From Callorhinchus milii (Eukaryota): DNA of 50,397 nt. Below are positions 1 to 9,667 of this stretch, one piece after another (within the stretch, counting starts at the first letter, position 1; every line of letters begins with the position of its first letter). Position numbers and translations under genes: made by a program. Location: positions 1-50,397 of the forward strand of contig NW_024705379.1 in NCBI RefSeq assembly GCF_018977255.1, in the 5' to 3' direction. The notes under the pieces are model-generated. The model worked only from the letters and a program-made list of their open reading frames with translations. It was not told the origin of the DNA and searched no databases.

Positions 1-29
1 AAAACTATTAAATAAAACTATAAACTAAA

Positions 30-323
30 CTATTTGTATTTTACCAGGTATCGCCTCTTGAGCTATACAGGTTTTGTTCAGACGCAGCCTGGCCGCAAAT
101 GATGGCTCAACGAAGTGGCTTACCACATGGAATGGTATAGCAGCCAGATACTCTAAACGCATGCTTCTAAATATGGAGGGAAAAACTGGAGGACCTGGAG
201 AAAAATCCACATAACCACAGAGAGAACATACATACTCCAAATATGCAGGCGTTAAAATCGGTATCAAACCCACGACCTCCGTGTACTAGGCGAGGTAGTT
301 GACATCTCACCACTGCAGCGCTC
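30..323 (-). mobile_element. V-SINE (tRNA-derived SINE with V-domain), diverged copy
   Basis: The reverse complement aligns over ~290 bp with the copies at 46141-46443 and 49980-50251. It has a tRNA-like head, a V-domain-like core (GGAGTATGTATGTTCTCTCTGTGGTTATGTGGATTTTTCTCCAGGTCCTCCAGTTTTTCCCTCCA) and the 3' end ACCTGGTAAAATACAAATA. Confidence 0.85.
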
Positions 324-669
324 ATTACCTCTACATACAAATGATATTTAAATACTGACACAGCTCTGAACTGTACGTTGATGATTATCTATTGAAATCA
401 CAAGTATGACGTTTAGGGAGGAACCAATGAGTCGCATGTATGGTTTCTACTTCTGTTGGGCAATGTCAGAGGTGTACACTTAGTTGATTTTCGTATAAAA
501 GGGTGAATTATGAAAAATGAAGAAATGAACATCCATATACACTCCTATTGCTCGTGCTGATTCACTCCTCTTCACCTCCATACCTTAGCAAGAGCGACCT
601 TCAAGGCTTTGTCCTCCGACACACCAGCCAGGTTCTGAAAGGAAACAGTCACGTGCATTAACAACTTAC

Positions 670-815
670 AGAGTGTGATCATCAAAACTATTTACATGGA
701 AGGAACCACTTCCATTGAGATTTCATGCAGAGAGTAAAAACTTAAAAATCAGAAGAAGAGGTAGGCGGAGAGATATGTTATCCTCAAGGCTATTCACAAC
801 ATTACAATATTTTAT
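670..815 (+). mobile_element. RTE-clade LINE reverse transcriptase fragment (degenerate)
   Basis: Translates, with a frameshift, as IIKTIYMEGTTSI/RFHAESKNLKIRRRGRRRDMLSSRLFTTLQ, resembling the RTE RT region IKLHxxSxxIxIxRGVRQGDxxSPxLF. Confidence 0.65.
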
Positions 816-1144
816 TAAATCGGCAATGGAAAAATATAGACGTGAACTTGAAAAAAAGGAAATATGGATGAAAGTCATGATAATAATGAATAACATTTCA
901 TTTAAAAAAGTGGAAATTATTTTAAACTTCATAGAAAAAGCTGAATAGTTGACTTTGAAATAAATATCTATTTTTAAAAATCTGTAAATTATGCATCAAT
1001 TTGCATCGACGAAGGTGACCGCATCTGCCATACGCTGTTCTGCAGCCACTTAGGGCTGACCACTGTTTCTTGGGGAAGATCAAACCCTGGGAGTTCTTAA
1101 CAAAATAAGAATCATGAACAAACATAACAGTTAATGAACATGTA

Positions 1145-1400
1145 TAATACAAATCAGGAGTAAGACATGAAGCTACGCTCTTACCAAGGCTATTCGCAAA
1201 AACTTGAAAGTACATTTTCCAAAAATGTAATTGAAAAAAAGTGCATAAACATAAACGGAGAAAGGATTAATCATGTCAGATTTACTGACAATGTAGTCCT
1301 TATGTAACAACCAATGGACAATTTCGAATAACTTAACAAGGAGGGCTGCAACGTTGGGCTCAAGATGAATGAGCAAAACAAACGCCATGAATAAAGAGCT
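1145..1400 (+). mobile_element. RTE-clade LINE reverse transcriptase fragment (degenerate)
   Basis: Translates, with stops and frameshift, as KSGVRHEATLLPRLF...CININGERINHVRFTDNVVL...LNKEGCNVGLKMNEQ. This matches the RTE RT motifs GVRQGD, GININGExLxHLRFADDIVL and VGLKMN. Confidence 0.8.
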
Positions 1401-1711
1401 TGCTAAACCAATGGGAATAACTGTTGAAAGGGACACACGTGGAAAACACAGCAGATTTTTTTCATGTATATCTATATATAGGGTAGTTACTTAAGGTGGA
1501 TCGAGAACATTATTAAATGAACGAGCGAACGCGAGCAAGGTGGATTTCTTTTGTAAAACTGAATTTTACAATAAAAAGAAAGATACCAAATATGCCTGCA
1601 GAAGAACATTTTTAAGCAGTGCAATATGTCCAACTGTTAAAAAATGTATGTATCTTAATTTGAAGCTTTCATGACTGCAGGAATGCATACTCTGGTTCTT
1701 TCGGTAAAGTC

Positions 1712-1810
1712 ACGTAGGTATAACATATTTCGCACCATACGTCGCCAACTGTGCTAACAGAAGATGTGGGGGAAGGACAACAAACTAAACACAAACAAGT
1801 TCCCACAGAC
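1712..1810 (-). repeat. SINE/LINE 3'-tail fragment of the (TACA)n-tailed family
   Basis: TTTCGCACCATACGTCGCCAACTGTGCTAACAGAAGATGTGGGGGAAGGACAACAAACTAAACACAAA aligns with 44940-45020 and with the copies at 3821, 8615 and 46674. Confidence 0.7.
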
Positions 1811-1915
1811 ATTTGTAAGAACAAAGCAATTATGGCAACTAAATGGCAACACGTGTTGCATGGCTCAGATTCTAACACCGTGCTATGTTCATGGAAAATT
1901 AGTGCTGTGAGCTCA

Positions 1916-2069
1916 CTAAACATCGAGGTGTCGGTGACGAACCGGTTGGTACTTGCGCTGCACCCTGAGCACGTCCAGGGGGCTGAGGCCGCTCCTCTGG
2001 CCGATGGGAGCTTTAGTTGCTGTTGTGGGGGTGATCGTCTCACTCATGTAGTCCGAGGATGAGGCGTAC
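1916..2069 (-). CDS. Astacin protease, last coding exon (C-terminal helix)
   Basis: Acceptor cctctccag, phase 2. Encodes (R)YASSSDYMSETITPTTATKAPIGQRSGLSPLDVLRVQRKYQPVRHRHLDV*, matching the astacin TIxP...IGQRxGLSxxD motif. Confidence 0.9.
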
Positions 2070-3647
2070 CTGGAGAGGAGATCAGCGCGTTACACACTGG
2101 ACTTGAATGACTGGTTACCACTCTAAACCATTTACCGGTTACTTAACACATCTGTAATCAATTCCTTCCTTAGCACAGATGACGACCAACTGAGGTTAGG
2201 TATACAAGTTGTAAGCCAAGCATATATCGGTGCCAAACACGAGGCTGCCGAGTTTGCATTTGCAACTCATTTATTCCCATGTAGCCGGGGACACCGATGT
2301 ATTATTCATCTCAACCACCAAACAGACCATACATTGCTCCCTGCACGAGAGAGTTTAATGTCTAAAGTGTTGTTTATAGGAGCTGCACTGAGTCTTAACT
2401 ATCCACCTTAAGCTTCACAGGCGATGGTAACTCGGAATAAACTGTACAGTTTCGTACAGGCATACTCCGATTTACACCCAGGATGCATTCCTGAAAACCA
2501 GAATTTTTATTGAAATGATTAAAGTAGAAGAAAAAATAGCGAAAGTTTCGGAAAACGGGAGGGTGTACGTGGGGGGTATGACTGTATTTTTGTTTGCTAT
2601 TAAATGATAAACATCAAATATTTAAAATATTTAGTTATTTGTTATTAAGTATAAATTAATTTCCGAAGAATGTAATAAAAATGTTGTATTTTCTCAATTA
2701 TGGAATTACAGTAAAATCTCTCGGTGAGCCGCACTATGAAGAGTGAGCCCTGGTCCGGGTAACCAAAAACTCTGGCCAGCTGTGAATACAACGTAATTCA
2801 TTGCTAACGACCCCCCCCCCTAATACATACCTAGCATGGACAACATTTAAAAATAATTAAAATACATTTCTTCATACATTTAGTCTAATTTACAACACTA
2901 TGGAAAAACATAAATGAAAAAACTACTGTTTTGCGTTTACAGAATTATGTGTTGCGATGACTGTATTGTGTGGTGTTGTTATGTACCTATCCTTGACGTT
3001 TGTTGATGCTGCACCAAAGAGACGTAAACAGTAATAAGCACAAATGTGGAAAAAAAAATCAAGAGCGTTGGTCCAGCTAAATGTAAATCCAGATAGCCAG
3101 GCCAAGGAGAGGCTGAAAAAGATGTGGATGAGGTGGTGACTATTAAGAGCATCATCAGGCCGTGTTGGAGGATTTCAAGATGGCTTCCCCTATTCACAGG
3201 GGAGAACGCCATCAGACTTCCTGGTAAACTTCTGGACGCCCAAAGGATTGCAATTCCAAGGAAGTTGTGTTACTGCCCTTCTGTGTGGTCTCGTAGCACA
3301 GCAGGTGGGAGTGTTCATGTGCCATCTGAGAGAAATAGGCTTTACGTAAAATTGTTATCTCATGGTATTCTTGATTCCTGCTTTTCATGCTTGTTTTTTG
3401 TTATTTAAGTATATGAGATGAAAGTTTATTGGGGTGGTGTCCACCCTCCTCGCCCATCAGACCCTCACACACCCCGAACTGCTAGCCTGGGTTCATCTAG
3501 CTGGGGTTCAGTTAGTCTGAATTTTACTGTATTTGCAGTATTCCAGACATCCCTCTATAACCAGAAAGGCTCCCTTCCCAAATTAATCCGGTTTGAGAAG
3601 TTTTACTGCATTCATGCTAGTGAAGGCCACAGCCTGTGGAGATCCAC

Positions 3648-3735
3648 CTGCAGTAGTGCATGATCGAGAGGTAGTCGTAGGGCAGATCTTCTCTACAGCC
3701 ACTGCATTCCAGCCGTTTGAACTGCCCAAGCTCAT
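3648..3735 (-). CDS. Astacin protease exon with the Met-turn (SIMHY)
   Basis: 88-nt exon, ctgcag acceptor and gtggat donor, phase 1 to 2. Encodes (D)ELGQFKRLECSGCREDLPYDYLSIMHYC(R), the astacin PYDYxSxMHY motif. Confidence 0.92.
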
Positions 3736-3820
3736 CTGCAGGTAGCAGGCACACGTGGCTCTTATTAACCGACAACATTGGTTTTATGCTTGCATCTACA
3801 AAACACACCTTTCATCATGT

Positions 3821-3886
3821 TGTATGTATGTAGGTTGAACTTCTTTCGCACCGTACATAGCCAACCGTGCGAATCGGAGGTGTGGA
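3821..3886 (-). repeat. SINE/LINE 3'-tail fragment with (TACA)n tail
   Basis: TGTATGTATGTAGGTTGAACTTCTTTCGCACCGTACATAGCCAACCGTGCGAATCGGAGGTG closely matches 46674-46735. Confidence 0.75.
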
Positions 3887-4673
3887 AATTGTTACCGGAT
3901 CTACCAAGAGCGCACACAGTTAGATTGTTGGGGTAGCGTATTGGGTAAGTGGAACGTGTGCAACAAGTGGCTTGACTTCTTTCGAGTGCTCTGAGCTGTT
4001 GGAGTAAATGGAGGGTAATCTTGCGCAGTGCTTAAATAAAATAATAAAAGGCCCTAAGTCAATCCACGGCAGGATAAAGGCTTCCCCACGACGGCATGTC
4101 AGTCGTGGAGGTTGTTTGACCGTACTTCACGCTGGGGATTGCAGTATGGTGAAAGAGGGTGCCCCCCAAAAAAAAACAATACGTTCGTCAGTAACGTCGT
4201 ACACTGGTGTTAACTATGGCCGGGAATACTAACTTGGGTAACCTACACCATTGCTCTTCCCGACTCGATGTGTATTTGTTTATGATGTTAAATTTAACGT
4301 AATATTTTGCACAATTATTTGTGAAAAGAATGGCGTTAAAAGATCCCTTAATTATCTTGAAAAGGGATCGTTATAAAGTGTAACGGTGATGTTCTTTTTA
4401 TTCAAGTAACTTCAATGCACAAACAGCACCAGTTGCATGGAAAATGCGGTTCCAATATCAGCCCTCCAGTGCGATGTTTTACCCAGCGGTACGTACTGAG
4501 GGTTAGCATCAGTGCTATATTGTGTAATGTGACATTATAAACTCTAGCAAGAGCTGTATATTGGATTAATAGTGATAATTCCAGTATTTATACGAGGCTG
4601 TTGCTGTGACTGTTTTAGCCCAGCACTGTTTATTTATATGGGAGCAAGGATGAGAAACTCAAAATAATTTCCT

Positions 4674-5110
4674 GCTCAAATGAGCATGAAGGCAGTACTC
4701 ATCTTCCATGTAGAGCCTCGAGACAGTGTTGAAAATTCCACATTGCTATGGTGGGGGCAGGTCCATTTATAAGACGACCACTGTTGACTTCTCCACAAGG
4801 TGGTACTCATTGCATTTACCTGAGAGAAATAATGGGCTGAATCAACCCCATCACCGGCATTTGAACTCATAACCTTCTGAGTGGAGTACACTCACTCTAC
4901 AGGTAGACCACCTTTCCGGTGAATAACAAAATTGTATTAAAACAAACTCCAGCTGAAGTTTCTCCAGCTCAAATGCGTGTAGAGTAGAACTTATCTCCAC
5001 TAGTGGCTCTGGGAGTGTGGTGGATATTCCACAAACCTATGATGGAGACCAGTGCTTCTATAGGATGACCACTGTGGACATCCCATAAAGTGGTACTTGT
5101 TTTAACGAGC
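4674..5110. repeat. Diverged local direct duplication (~140-bp units at ~4674-4820 and ~4967-5110)
   Basis: Both units start GCTCAAATG and share, in order, ATTCCACA, CTATG, TATA.GA.GACCACTGT.GAC and GTGGTACT. Confidence 0.6.
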
Positions 5111-5189
5111 CAACCCGTGAGCAGCACGTGAGCCCTTGCATCGGCGTGTAGAGTGAGCGCCGTGAGTGCGGTGCTGCCCGGCCGCATGT

Positions 5190-5491
5190 GACAAAAGACA
5201 AAGATCTCCGTATAGCCTTAACAGAATGTTAGGGCAAGTAGTTAGTGAGCACCTATGGAGGCTCCCACAGCACACGAGGAGGGTGGGTGGCCAGCACAAT
5301 GCTCGGCTGCCTTTATCTCCCTAGTGGCGATGTTTAAACACCACACCAGGTACTCATTTGAGGCTAAGTCGACCTAGGGGAGGCCCAGGATCGGTTCAGA
5401 TAATCGTCACTGGTGTTGGCCGTGAGCGAGAATTCAATTCGGGTCGCCGGATTCATAGCGCAACGCGCTAACCGTTACACCACTGCGCCCC
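5190..5491 (-). mobile_element. tRNA-derived SINE with Deu/Nin-like central domain
   Basis: The reverse complement starts GGGGCGCAGTGGTGTAACGGTTAGCGCG (A box). It continues with GTCGACTTAGCCTCAAATGAGTACCTGG and GGGAGATAAAGGCAGCCGAGCATTGTGCTGGCCAC, resembling the DeuSINE/Nin domain. Confidence 0.75.
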
Positions 5492-5797
5492 ATTTGTGGC
5501 AGCACACGCACCACCACGGGTCGCGACACAGTCATTGCGGACCGTCTTAGATACAAAAACGATCATTCGACTGCCCATCCATACGTTCGTTACTAAAACT
5601 GCACTGGAGGAAGCAATACGAACAATGGGAAGATTGCGTGGCAGTTTCTTGAACCTGCTGTGTTGACACGTCCTCGTTAAAGTAAACTACACACTGGACA
5701 TCGAATTAGTGTGCTCTTTGTGCAATACAAGCCGTTTCTAGTTATTAATAGCACGCCTACCCCTGGATGCTTTACTCACTCTAGTGGCACCACTCAC

Positions 5798-5972
5798 CTT
5801 CCTTGACGTTGTCCTCGTGGACCTTTATGTGCTGGTCACGGTCACTGCGGCAGTGCTCGTGGTGGAAGCCGAGCGCGTGCATGAGCTCGTGCAGAACGAC
5901 GCCCTTGGTCACCTTCCTGGGCTCCAGGGACAAAGACTGGGCCCCTCCTTTCTTGCCAGGAAGGACCAGCTC
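5798..5972 (-). CDS. Astacin protease zinc-binding exon (HExxHxxGxxH), with a 1-nt frameshift near 5956
   Basis: Acceptor ccaccag, donor gtgagt. Encodes (G)SWSFL/GKKGGAQSLSLEPRKVTKGVVLHELMHALGFHHEHCRSDRDQHIKVHEDNVKE(D). The HELMHALGFHH motif lies at 5859-5891. Confidence 0.92.
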
Positions 5973-7059
5973 CTGGTGGCGAAAATTCCATGGAATTTCA
6001 CGATCACCCCCATGACCTTCACGTCATGATTACCTTGCATTATGCGGAGCCACTGCTGATAGTCAAAAAGAATGTTAGCTATTGGTGGCGAGTGGCATGA
6101 AAGCTGAATGGCTTGCAAGTCACTACCTGAACACCCCACGCAGGAAGTACCTGGCGTAAGCCTGCGTAGAAGGCAATGGCTGTTTGAAAAACGCACACTA
6201 GTGCAGCTATTTTGTTCATAAATGGAATATGAATGAGTCGCCAAATTGTCAATGTGCATTCTGTTCATCACATAACGAGCACTGCCCATTAGACAATTAC
6301 ACAGGATGCACACACGCTATATGTTAAGCAACTATTGATGCCATCAAATGGAATACCAAACTGAACATACAGTTAAATTATATCTCAGTTGCTTTTAAAT
6401 GCCATACGAAAGATGACCTTCAAAGTAAAAAAAAAGACTGTATTGTGTGATAATCTTGGTTCAGAGAAGGGGTTAAATTTCTACGTCTGCACTCTGTAAG
6501 GGTCTCAGTAAGATCCACTCCACAAGAAATACTATTACTTGGCTTTCTAAGCTTGAATTTGCCGTTACCGATGTGTGTTCCTCTCAACAGAAGACAAAAA
6601 ATGCCACGAACAAATAATACATTGAAATGCAATAAATCAGCCCTTTTAGAGCCAGGCAAGAGTTCATTTTGCTTGCAAGTGAAACCTCAAAAAGCTGAGG
6701 GCACTGCTTAGATCCTGGCTTTGATTCGAGGCAGCTGCCTGTGATTAAACTACATTCTCAAGTGTAGTGAATTGATGGTCTCAGTTTGGTGAACAATTAA
6801 TTCACACAAAACAATCTCACTACATTAAATGTAATTTTGTACTTAATTTGGCTAATTTTTTGCTCTGAGATTTAAAACATGTGGTTCACTGTCATAGAGC
6901 AAACATAAGTCTCCTATGCAGAGCAGGTGAAAAAGTGCTGCCTTCCACTCTGGATCAGAGGTCACTTTAGGGGATCTCAGAGGTAGTTCTGTGATATCCC
7001 CTTCAGTGGGTTTTCTAACACGAAGGGTTGCCCTGCCCTGCAGAGATCTGAATCGATAA

Positions 7060-7262
7060 ATCTCTCTTCTCTCTGTCCACACAACGCTCACTCTACACCT
7101 CAATTTCTCTCTACGCCACACTCACCCTTTAGTCCCACTTTCTCTCTATACCCCACTCTCTATCAGCTCTATGTACCCTTGACGCACCGCTCACCATCTA
7201 TGCCCCACTCACTTTCTACACTCTGCTCTCTCTCTAACACCCCATTCTCTCTCTCCACGCCG
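7060..7262. repeat. CT-rich low-complexity tract (intronic)
   Basis: Repeated CTCTCT, CCCCACTC and CGCTCAC motifs. Confidence 0.6.
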
Positions 7263-7277
7263 CTCACTGCTGCTCAC

Positions 7278-7395
7278 CCGTCCAGCGCCTGGAAGTTGAT
7301 GTAGTCCTCCTGGTTGTCTTTCCGGATGAGCCGAACACAGGTTTTCTCTGCAAACTCATTGACTGCATGCTGGATGTTCTCCTTGTCATTGGTGT
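7278..7395 (-). CDS. Astacin protease exon (TCVR region)
   Basis: 118-nt exon, ctctcttttag acceptor and gtgagc donor, phase 1 to 2. Encodes (D)TNDKENIQHAVNEFAEKTCVRLIRKDNQEDYINFQALD(G). Confidence 0.9.
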
Positions 7396-8040
7396 CTAAA
7401 AGAGAGAAGCATGTCCTCACATTAGAATCACACTGTGCTTATATTATAATATTTTCCTCATTCAAAAATGATCCTCATGAGAATCAAATTATCCTCATAT
7501 GATCTAAATATACGTATTCATAATATAATTAACTACAATCATATGATTATAGTATCCCCAAGTTAGAATGACACTAAGCCTTGTAATCCTTGTGTTACAA
7601 AGCGTATCCGGGGCGTTTGATTCGGGGAACTAGGGGACAACATTTCCTTCCCTTCTGGTGGCGATGTGGAGCGGGGGACGAGGTGCGGGCTCGATTGAGA
7701 TGATGAGATGTTGGTGAGGATGGAGATGGATAAGATGGATGATATGTATGTAAGTAAGTACATGTATACACGCGCAACTCTTAAAATCTACGTTATCATG
7801 AGTGTGGATGATGAAGGATGATGAATGATGACGGATGACAGAGGTCACGGTGGTCATGGAAATCATGAATTTCAATGAAGACTATGAAATCTTAGAAATG
7901 GCTGAAGAGCACATTCAATTGGGTGCTTCATCTATTTCCTTAAAAAAGTGGCATTATTCGTGCGCTAAAATAAAAATCTGACCGAGAGGGCTCCATGTGG
8001 CAAACCATGAGTGAGTGATGTGCCGAGGGCCTGTGTAGAG

Positions 8041-8323
8041 CAGAGGTCGCAACTGGGTACCCGATACCCGTACCCTACCCGATACCCGGCTACCCGTACC
8101 CGGCCGGGTACGGGTACGGGTAGCCATTTGCGACCCTGGTGCGGCCGGGTACGAGTACGGGTAGGCCGTGAGTCACTGGTGAGTAGCCGTTTGTCACTCA
8201 TTTCGGGTAGGGTACGGGTACGGGTAGGGAACGGCTACCCGTACCCGGCTAGGTACGGGTACCAATTTCGATCCTGGTACGGCCGGGTACGGGTAAGGAA
8301 TCAAAACCCGTTTGCGACCTCTG
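8041..8323. mobile_element. Non-autonomous hAT-superfamily DNA transposon (MITE), 283 bp
   Basis: TIRs CAGAGGTCGCAACTGGGT and ACCCGTTTGCGACCTCTG (16/18 match, outer 12 perfect). Perfect 8-bp TSD GTGTAGAG at 8033-8040 and 8324-8331. Many internal TACCCG/CGGGTA repeats. Confidence 0.92.
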
Positions 8324-8461
8324 GTGTAGAGTCAGCAGTCCCAGCTGAAGTAGCTCCAGATCGGGGCTCTCGCTAAAGCAATAATAATAATCTTTATTTT
8401 ATAAAGAGCCCGAAAGCGTCAATCTGAAGCTATGTCTGCCGGCTGTGTGCGATGCACTCAC

Positions 8462-8533
8462 CAAAACCAGAGCAGACATCGTAGAGAACGTAGACTTTTC
8501 CATCTCGGTGCTTGACCCAGTCATGGCTTCCAT
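8462..8533 (-). CDS. Astacin protease exon (start of the catalytic domain)
   Basis: 72-nt phase 1-1 exon, ttgtctag acceptor and gtgagt donor. Encodes GSHDWVKHRDGKVYVLYDVCSGF(D), like the WPKSxDGxVYVPYxIS motif of vertebrate hatching-enzyme-type astacins. Confidence 0.82.
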
Positions 8534-8614
8534 CTAGACAATCAAAAAGCATGCTCAGTATCACATAAAGTGGAGCCTAAACAATTCGGTATCATGCACG
8601 ATGATGCTGATTCT

Positions 8615-8695
8615 GTGTATGTATGCATGTTGAAATTCTTTCACACCATACGTAGCAAACCATGCTAATCGAATGTGCGAGGGAATGACAACATT
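8615..8695 (-). repeat. SINE/LINE 3'-tail fragment with (TACA)n tail
   Basis: GTATGTATGCATGTTGAAATTCTTTCACACCATACGTAGCAAACCATGCTAATCG aligns with the copies at 3821, 44922 and 46674. Confidence 0.7.
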
Positions 8696-8880
8696 ATCAT
8701 TGATGAGTGCGTTCCTTTTTAAAAATGTAATTCCAAGTATCCCATGGTAATTCTGGGCTCGGGATCATGATAATCTCCTGCCACTGAGATACAATGGTTT
8801 GCTCGTCCTCTCCCATAGCAACACAGACCCCAAGAGCCTGCGGAAGAAGTGACCCGTCTGCCACAGTTAGGTTCCCCTGC

Positions 8881-8925
8881 ATATTTGGTTGCTATAAATT
8901 TACACGTGATAAGCCACTTCGTTGA
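8881..8925 (+). repeat. Internal fragment of the V-SINE family
   Basis: ATATTTGGTTGCTATAAATTTACACGTGATAAGCCACTTCGTTGA matches ~50158-50198. AAGCCACTTCGTTGA is identical to the reverse complement of the copy at 30-323. Confidence 0.65.
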
Positions 8926-9014
8926 CGTCACTGGTATTGGCCGTGAGCAGAAATCAAACTCAGGTCATTGGGTTCACCGCGCAGCAGGTGCAAACCGCTA
9001 TACTACAACTCCCC
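8926..9014 (-). mobile_element. tRNA-derived SINE head, same family as 5190-5491
   Basis: CGTCACTGGTATTGGCCGTGAGCAGAAATCAAACTCAGGTC aligns with 5405-5491 (CGTCACTGGTGTTGGCCGTGAGCGAGAATTCAATTCGGGTC). Confidence 0.7.
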
Positions 9015-9667
9015 ACTGATGGCAATGCCTGGCATGACACACAGGCCTTGTTCCATCCATCAGTGTCAGCTCCGGGTTCAGAAGCAACGATCATTGTTTG
9101 CCAGCACTTCCTCTTGGAACCGTAGACCTGAACGCTGTTCACATTATCAATAGTGATCCAATATGAAGAATAACGTTTCAAGTTTTTATTGATTGTTTGC
9201 ACTCACTTTTTGAAACATACTATGAAATAAATATAAGACATATGTAAAACACTGTTTCAAATTGAGTTACACCATCGCGCAAGGCAAGCTACTTGCTGGA
9301 CTATTGAGTTAAACCACCCCTGTCACCCTGCACTACAGCTCACGGTAGAACTCTCCGCAGCACGACTCACAACCTCCTCTCAACACCATGGACCAGGACC
9401 ATCACTGCCGGTCATTGTTTCTCCATGGCAGCCCCCGCTGTCTGGAAAGCCATTCTGCTGCACAATCGCAGACCGACTTTTAAGGGACACTTGAAGGCCC
9501 AGCCTCTTTCGCCTTGGCTTTTGAGCGACACTGATCTTGAATCCACACAGCAGTCGCAGTCTTTCATGTCCGTAAAATATTGTGCACATTATAAATTGCA
9601 TCATTATTATTAAGTTTAACTAAGTCGTCATCATAAGGGCATGTGTCCTGCTTGTAAAGTGACTCAC

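Larger units (their letters stand above)
1916..8533 (-). pseudogene. Astacin-family (M12A) metalloprotease gene, hatching-enzyme-like exon layout; frameshifted as sequenced (pseudogene or single-base assembly error)
   Basis: Five GT-AG exons reconstruct an astacin domain: WVKHRDGKVYVLY, EFAEKTCVRL, HELMHALGFHHEHCRSDRD, PYDYLSIMHY and IGQRSGLSPLDVLRV. Intron phases are compatible except for a 1-nt deficit in exon 5798-5972. Family call is high confidence; pseudogene status is uncertain. Confidence 0.6.

Noticed and set aside
584..634. Possible further minus-strand exon (tttcctttcag acceptor; NLAGVSEDKALKVALAK) after the astacin C-terminal exon
   Set aside because: The astacin frame stops at 1916-1918 (TAG), and splicing at the overlapping GTGAGC would create TAA. 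At most a UTR exon, with no support.
1491..2411. Inverted pair TTAAGGTGGAT / ATCCACCTTAA suggesting a TTAA-targeting transposon around the last astacin exon
   Set aside because: Only 11 bp and does not extend; matches of this length are expected by chance in 13 kb, and it would enclose a host exon.
2445..2760. TA-CAG-starting sequences resembling Tc1/mariner-pogo termini (also ~46666)
   Set aside because: No matching opposite TIR could be identified.
8011..8376. 121-aa ORF rich in YPYP/RVRV
   Set aside because: It is a translation of the hexamer repeats of the hAT MITE.
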